Translations under genes and position numbers: made by a program | In this document: positions 38,701-44,063 of the stretch, in pieces | Numbering within the stretch: the stretch's first letter is position 1 | How the letters are laid out: every line of letters starts with the position of its first letter | Notes under the pieces: model-generated | Databases searched by the model: none | Seen by the model: only the letters and a program-made list of their open reading frames with translations | Told to the model about the DNA's origin: nothing | NCBI GenBank assembly: GCA_910592345.1 | Contig: CAJVPI010000191.1 | Location: 1 to 44,063 of the forward strand | From: Paraglomus brasilianum | Taxonomy: Eukaryota | Direction: 5' to 3' | DNA length: 44,063 bases

Positions 38701-40134
38701 TGATTCTTGTTTCGGTTATACAGCTTATCCAACGGCAAGCCTAATACTATGAATCAATCTTAGAATCGAATGAGAGTTCATTTGTATCGAAAAATTGCGC
38801 CCCGTCCCACTCCTCAATATGCCTCGTTTGACTGCGCGCGAACCCCTTTAGTCTGATATTTCATTTGATGATGATACAGCTAATCACTCAAAACCCAAGC
38901 TTGTGAATCAATATAGCTTTGACAATGTTGCATGCTAGCGAAGTTGGGTTGGAAAAATACAAATGTAACTTTTTGTAGCCTTTATGAATAATTCCGACAG
39001 AAACGCAGCTTCAGATAATGCTAAAGACTACTATATAGAGTTTGGAGACTGAATAAATTACTTTGGACTTTATCAGGACACTCGTTTACTTTATGGATGG
39101 GCTATGACATTAGAGCGACAATCACGTCGTACATGCGGTAATTCTTATGGCGAGGGTTTATGAATTTGTCTTGGTTATTTGTTCTTTTGCTAATTCTCTT
39201 CTTTTTCTATAGATTTAAAGCACGAGAATTTGCTCTATAAAGATAGAACACGCCATTCGAAACTCGCTTTAAAAGTGTGTGCGTTGGTTTCAGGTCACAT
39301 GGAGGGGTTCGGACATAACCGGAGATGTTGCTCGACGTGCAGTTCGGTGCATCAAGCGCAAAGACGTCGGGACTCGTTTGCGTCGCCTTTCCTTTCCCTC
39401 AGCTAATATGTACAGATTTTCTTGCCTTGTTGTCACCCAAATGCCTAAAGCAATGCATCAATACAATGGGCAGCGGATGGGTGATTTGAATATTGGTCTT
39501 ACAGTCGTTACTACGGAATACATCCAGCAGATCTAGAAAAGATTGTAAGTAGACCACGGGCGGATGATATACTAGAGAATGCTTCTTCGATCCGAGATAT
39601 TATTGTTGCAACTAGCTAATATATGCTCAGACAGGTTGGGCATGGGGCAAATCAAATGTTATTTCGCATCGTTGATATGAACAGAGCAGTTCTTGATGGC
39701 ATACTTGCGTATGGCAAGTTTTATTCGTGTCGTTAAGCGTCAAGGCTATGCAGCAATATCATGAAAAGAATGGCGACAGTTCTTCGAGGGATAGAGTGGA
39801 TTGATTGTTCATCACTCGCGTAATACCGCGGAATAACCTAAGGCTTTAGTTCTTACAGGAATTTCAGAGATTTTCTTGCTTTTATCATCTCCATTCTTTA
39901 TCTGCATTCTAGTCATGAAGTGGCTATCGCGCCTATCAAGGCATTATCCAATGTCCAAATGAAGGAAGAGTTGAGCAAGAAAATCTTGCATAATTGGCTT
40001 GATTAGTTTGTGGTATAAAAACAATGTCAGAAAGTACGTATGCACTATCTATGGCAGTGGCAGTGCCGTGAACTTTCCTTTTAATAATAATGTACTATAT
40101 ATTTGCTTACATATCCAATGATCTATACGAAATC

Positions 40135-40290
40135 AAGTATATTAGAAGAGGAGTAAACCATTGAATAAAACTCGTATAAACTGTAAATGAACCGCGAATT
40201 ACAAGTTTATTCAAAGAACGTTTGAGTCACTAAATCATGATGTTAGTATTGTAGATTGACTTCGTTATATAATAATAAACAGAGCCAATT
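40135..40290. repeat. 3' flank of kinase copy 3, homologous to 3760-3899
   Basis: Shared tgagtcactaaat and atgtta.tattgta.a.tgactt blocks. Confidence 0.7.
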
Positions 40291-40383
40291 GTTGTCTTTG
40301 TGCCACTAAATCCCAACTACCTCCCTTCCTCTCGTCAACCTTCCCTAACTCGCCTCTAGCTTAAATCTGATAAGGGAGATAAC

Positions 40384-42799
40384 CTAGCTATTTCTTGGTT
40401 TAGGCAGATCTCCAGTAGGTAAGAGCGTACTAGAATATTTACTCTCCTTCTCGAAACATGATAAGGGTTTTACATCACTACGATAGATAGTATTCCATGT
40501 GTTGTCATCAGAATTGCCCCTGTTCACCTCTCCAATAAGATCGAGAATATCATTAAAAAGTGTATCTGCATATGGACGCTTATCAGGATCAGCATTACAA
40601 CACCGCTCGGCAAGTTTCTTGTATTCCTCTGGTGCGGAATCAGGCATCGGTGGTCGTAGTCCATCCATAATCTCGCGTATTAAGCTTGTATCAAACTGCC
40701 CATCTCTAAAAGGTGGTTCACCAGTGGCCATCAAATGCATAATAATACCAAAAGAATAAACATCTGACTTCTTCGTAAATTTGCGGGTATGTAAGACTTC
40801 CGGTGCGGTGCAATAAAGGGTAAAGCGCCTCGAATGGTTGAATTTGACTCGCGTGAATTCACTGATCGTGAGAGACCAAAATCGCATATGTGTAGTTTAT
40901 CATCATATAAAACTATGTTCCCGCCATGAAGATCATAATGCACTAATCCTGTAATATGAATATTTCTCAGATGTAATGCAATATCCTTCAAATATTGTAA
41001 TTTCATCTTCCACGTCAATTTGTTAATATTTTGATCCAAATAAGACAAAAGACTGCCATTGTTAGCATATTGCATAACAATCATGTACTCTTTTGTTTCT
41101 GGGTCTTGTGTGACTCCATAAATACGAAGGAATGGGAATAACCATTTGTTACACTGGGCATGATTTCTGAACTATCAAATGCAAAGTCAGATTAAATATC
41201 ACTTTAATTGATGCTACCAATTATTGCTTACCTCGGAAATAAATAATTCCGGCGTTTTATTCAAAACTCTTAAACCGTTTGAGTACAACAGTTTGTTGCA
41301 TACGCCTTACTTCTGAATACTTTTTATATTTGGCAGTATAAACTGTTTCCATAACCACCAGATCCGATCTCTTTGAGTTCGCAAAAGTCACTATACTGCA
41401 TATACTTAACACGTTCATTATTTCGTATGAACCTGTCCAATATTACATGTACGTCGTAGTAGAAAACTAAATAATATTCCCCAATCATCCAAATATTTTC
41501 GGGTGTTAATATCTCGGGGTATTTCTTAGTTAGCTATTTGAGTAAACAAATACAGCCGTTACAACACTGGTTGATTTAAACGCGCGGTACACACGTTAAT
41601 AATATTATTTGCACGTGAAATAATTTACCTGATCATCAACTATCTTTTTGAGTGACACTTTTGTCAATTCATTTGTTGTCAGTTCCAAACATCCATGGCG
41701 TAATGATGTCATTCCTCGTACGTCTGTCAATAGAGAGTATTCAATCCATTGTATATACGCATCATCTTTGTTACTCGTATTCTTCCATGATTCCATAATA
41801 AATGAATCCAATGATTTGTTGCCTGTAGTCCAATCTCGTAGTATTAGCATTTATCTTAGGTTCTAATCGCTTCGTACACGCCAGACATAATTCCCTATTA
41901 CCCTCTTCTTTACTAGATATAATACTTTCGTTTACTTGCATCATAAGTGAATCCGATGGTAACTCAAACATCGGTGGTAAGAATATATCTGGATGTTCAT
42001 TACATAACTAGTGGAAATGATACATGATAATAAGTCAATAATTATTTAAACTATTCAACAAACATGATGCATAAGTAAATGGTTTACCACGGCATAATAT
42101 AAATCATGTGTCTCATCGGTTATTTCAATTTAACATTATAACCAGTAGGTAGACCATACTAATACAACCGACCATACACTATGTGCAATCTATTATAAAT
42201 ACAATCGAATGGAATCCATTCCAAATAGGCATGATTTGCTGAGGTTGTTTATAATTGAGATTTCTTAATAAACTCATCGAGTCGCTTATTGTTGCTAGTC
42301 CATCTATCGGATAATTGTTTATGACCTATGACCGCAAATGCACCACATTGGACTACATCGATGTGGAGCAGAATCCATATCGAGAGTAACAATGGTAAAA
42401 GCGTTTATCAGCAACCATGTAATAGCTGTTATCATACATGGTAAATCCTTTTATGAGTTTGTTGCGACTCTCAAGCCATTTGGAGTATCTTCTGAACTGA
42501 TTAACGTCGTCGTTATTGTACTTGTGTGTTGGAAGTGAGTATATTTTAGCAAACTCACTCACAAGTGTTGGTGTACATATCTCGTCATTTCCAAGTAGTG
42601 AAAGCATTATCGTCGTTTCCTCGACTCCATCCAGCGTTCGCTTGTAATCAGCATAATAGACATTGTCAATTTGGGTTGACTTTATGTTGGTGATTTCTTT
42701 GTAAGGAATCCACTCAAGTCTTAAGAGTTTATTTTTACTTTCTAAGGAGGATTGGACAAAGTTGTCAATTGCTGGATTGTTAACAGTACCTGATGATAT
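40384..42799 (-). pseudogene. TKL-type kinase, copy 3, multiply frameshifted
   Basis: Same three introns (donors 42087, 41628, 41231). Retains HYDLHGGN, DFG and the full tail (KYSSTLLPTGDLPKPRNS). Has ATA at the expected start (42799-42797), a deletion in the first Cys finger, an in-frame TAA, and 7-bp and 5-bp duplications. Confidence 0.9.
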
Positions 42800-43189
42800 A
42801 GTTTGAATGAAAACGAGTGAACAAATCAACAAATCTCATTCTCAACAATCGCACATCTTATATTAATACATAATACAGTTCAATTCTAGAATATTCAGAT
42901 GCATATCTCGAAATTTGATTGGTGTAAATGTCGACTGCGATAAGAATCAAAGCTAACACACTTTTACAAGCACATACTTTCAGGATCCACGCGACTTTGA
43001 AAAGCAGTTTCTCTCAATTCACGTTTTAGAGTTACACAACGAGTGTTATAATGAGTTCGGGCCAGAAATCTACCTTGCGTATTTGATTCTCTTTTGAAGA
43101 ATATTCAGTTAGTACCATGCGCAACTAAAGAGAATCAAAGATGGTGACATGCGTCTGCTAGGCAGCAGCAAAAAGTCTAACAAAAATAG

Positions 43190-43986
43190 CTAAGTATCTT
43201 CCTGAACTATCCTCATTGCTTGACTCTTTAGACAATTACTCTATGTGTGAAAGACATTACAATCAGGTAGTAGTCAAAAAGTCTTATGAAGCAATTAACT
43301 AAACTGGATGATTCAATTTTTTCAGTTTTGGACGAAGTAGAGAGTAAAGAAGAAAGCCTACTGATAATAATGATGGATGCAAGTTTGTGAAAAAAGCTTT
43401 TCCGATTTCGGAGTCTAAGTATCTATGCAGGATCCAGTTTCAGTGTATGAAACACTTTGAAAAGGAATAGCAAGTTGGAAGGTGCTAATAAACAGTTGTT
43501 ATTAGAAAATGAAGCACTGAAAAGACTGTTAGATGAAAGACTTGCTGACAAACAGGATCATGTAAGGTTGGTAATGGAAATTGCAAAAATGGAGCAACAT
43601 AATGTATATGATGACATAATGAATTTATTGAAAAATCAAAGTGATTTGGTTTACAGTCTTTTAGAGTATTCTCCTTCTAAATGGCTTTCTGAGCGAAATC
43701 CAGTTATTGTCAAATTTATATAAACTCTTACCCATAATGAAAACAAGCATCAAAATGAAGAAGAAAAACTTTTTAAGTGTGCTGTAGCAGTTGATGCTAC
43801 ATATGGATCAAGGCACTTAAAATACATATTAATATCTATTAATATGGCTGCATCAGCAATTAAATATATGTTAGCAAGGTCAGAAATGGTTGTTGACATT
43901 GATAATCATATCATGTGCTCTGGTGGTTATTTGAAGTTTACTAATTGGTTAGAAAGTTTAGCTATAGAACAACCATCACTTCCTGA
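43190..43986 (+). pseudogene. Degraded ORF, probably transposon-associated (family not determined)
   Basis: KYLPELSSLLDSLDNYSMCERHYNQVV..., a coiled coil, then LLEYSPSKWLSERNPVIVKFI*TLTHNE...CSGGYLKFTNWLESLAIEQPSLPD reading past the TAA at 43721-43723. CpG-poor. Confidence 0.45.
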
Positions 43987-44063
43987 TGTGAACGCGATGG
44001 GCTATTCCTGAGGGTTCTTCTCAGCATCGCTTCATGATGGGCTTGTGTGATTAACGATTATAC

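Noticed and set aside
43987..44063. TGTGAACG... as the start of an LTR interrupting the last ORF
   Set aside because: Cut by the window edge; no second LTR, PBS or TSD visible.

Overview
Eukaryotic, intron-containing, AT-rich fungal DNA. The gene families present (Cys-finger TKL-type kinases, BTB-BACK, Sel1 repeats, Sola-like and Tc1/pogo relics) suggest an arbuscular mycorrhizal fungus (Glomeromycotina); this is an inference. A central island (18.5-32.8 kb) holds intact genes: a CSYS monothiol glutaredoxin (Grx6/7 type), an orphan with a likely SUMO-interacting motif, CCZ1, a PX-PH-RhoGAP (Bem3-like) and CFIm25/NUDT21. Both flanks are fast-evolving. They hold four copies of one unusual kinase family, a BTB-BACK-Sel1 pseudogene and DNA-transposon debris. 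The best candidate for an undescribed system is this kinase family. Three degenerate kinase N-lobe modules, with two Cys4 fingers between them, precede a full kinase domain, and all three introns fall at the equivalent phase-0 position of successive modules. The two copies with intact reading frames are predicted pseudokinases that separately lost the catalytic Asp and the C-terminal tail. The copy that keeps the catalytic motifs is frameshifted. Other notable points: (TTAGGG)4 at a probable intron branch point, an 11-nt micro-exon in NUDT21, and a sharp CpG boundary inside the BTB gene. No rRNA, tRNA or CRISPR was recognised. All gene models were spliced by eye and need RNA-seq confirmation.
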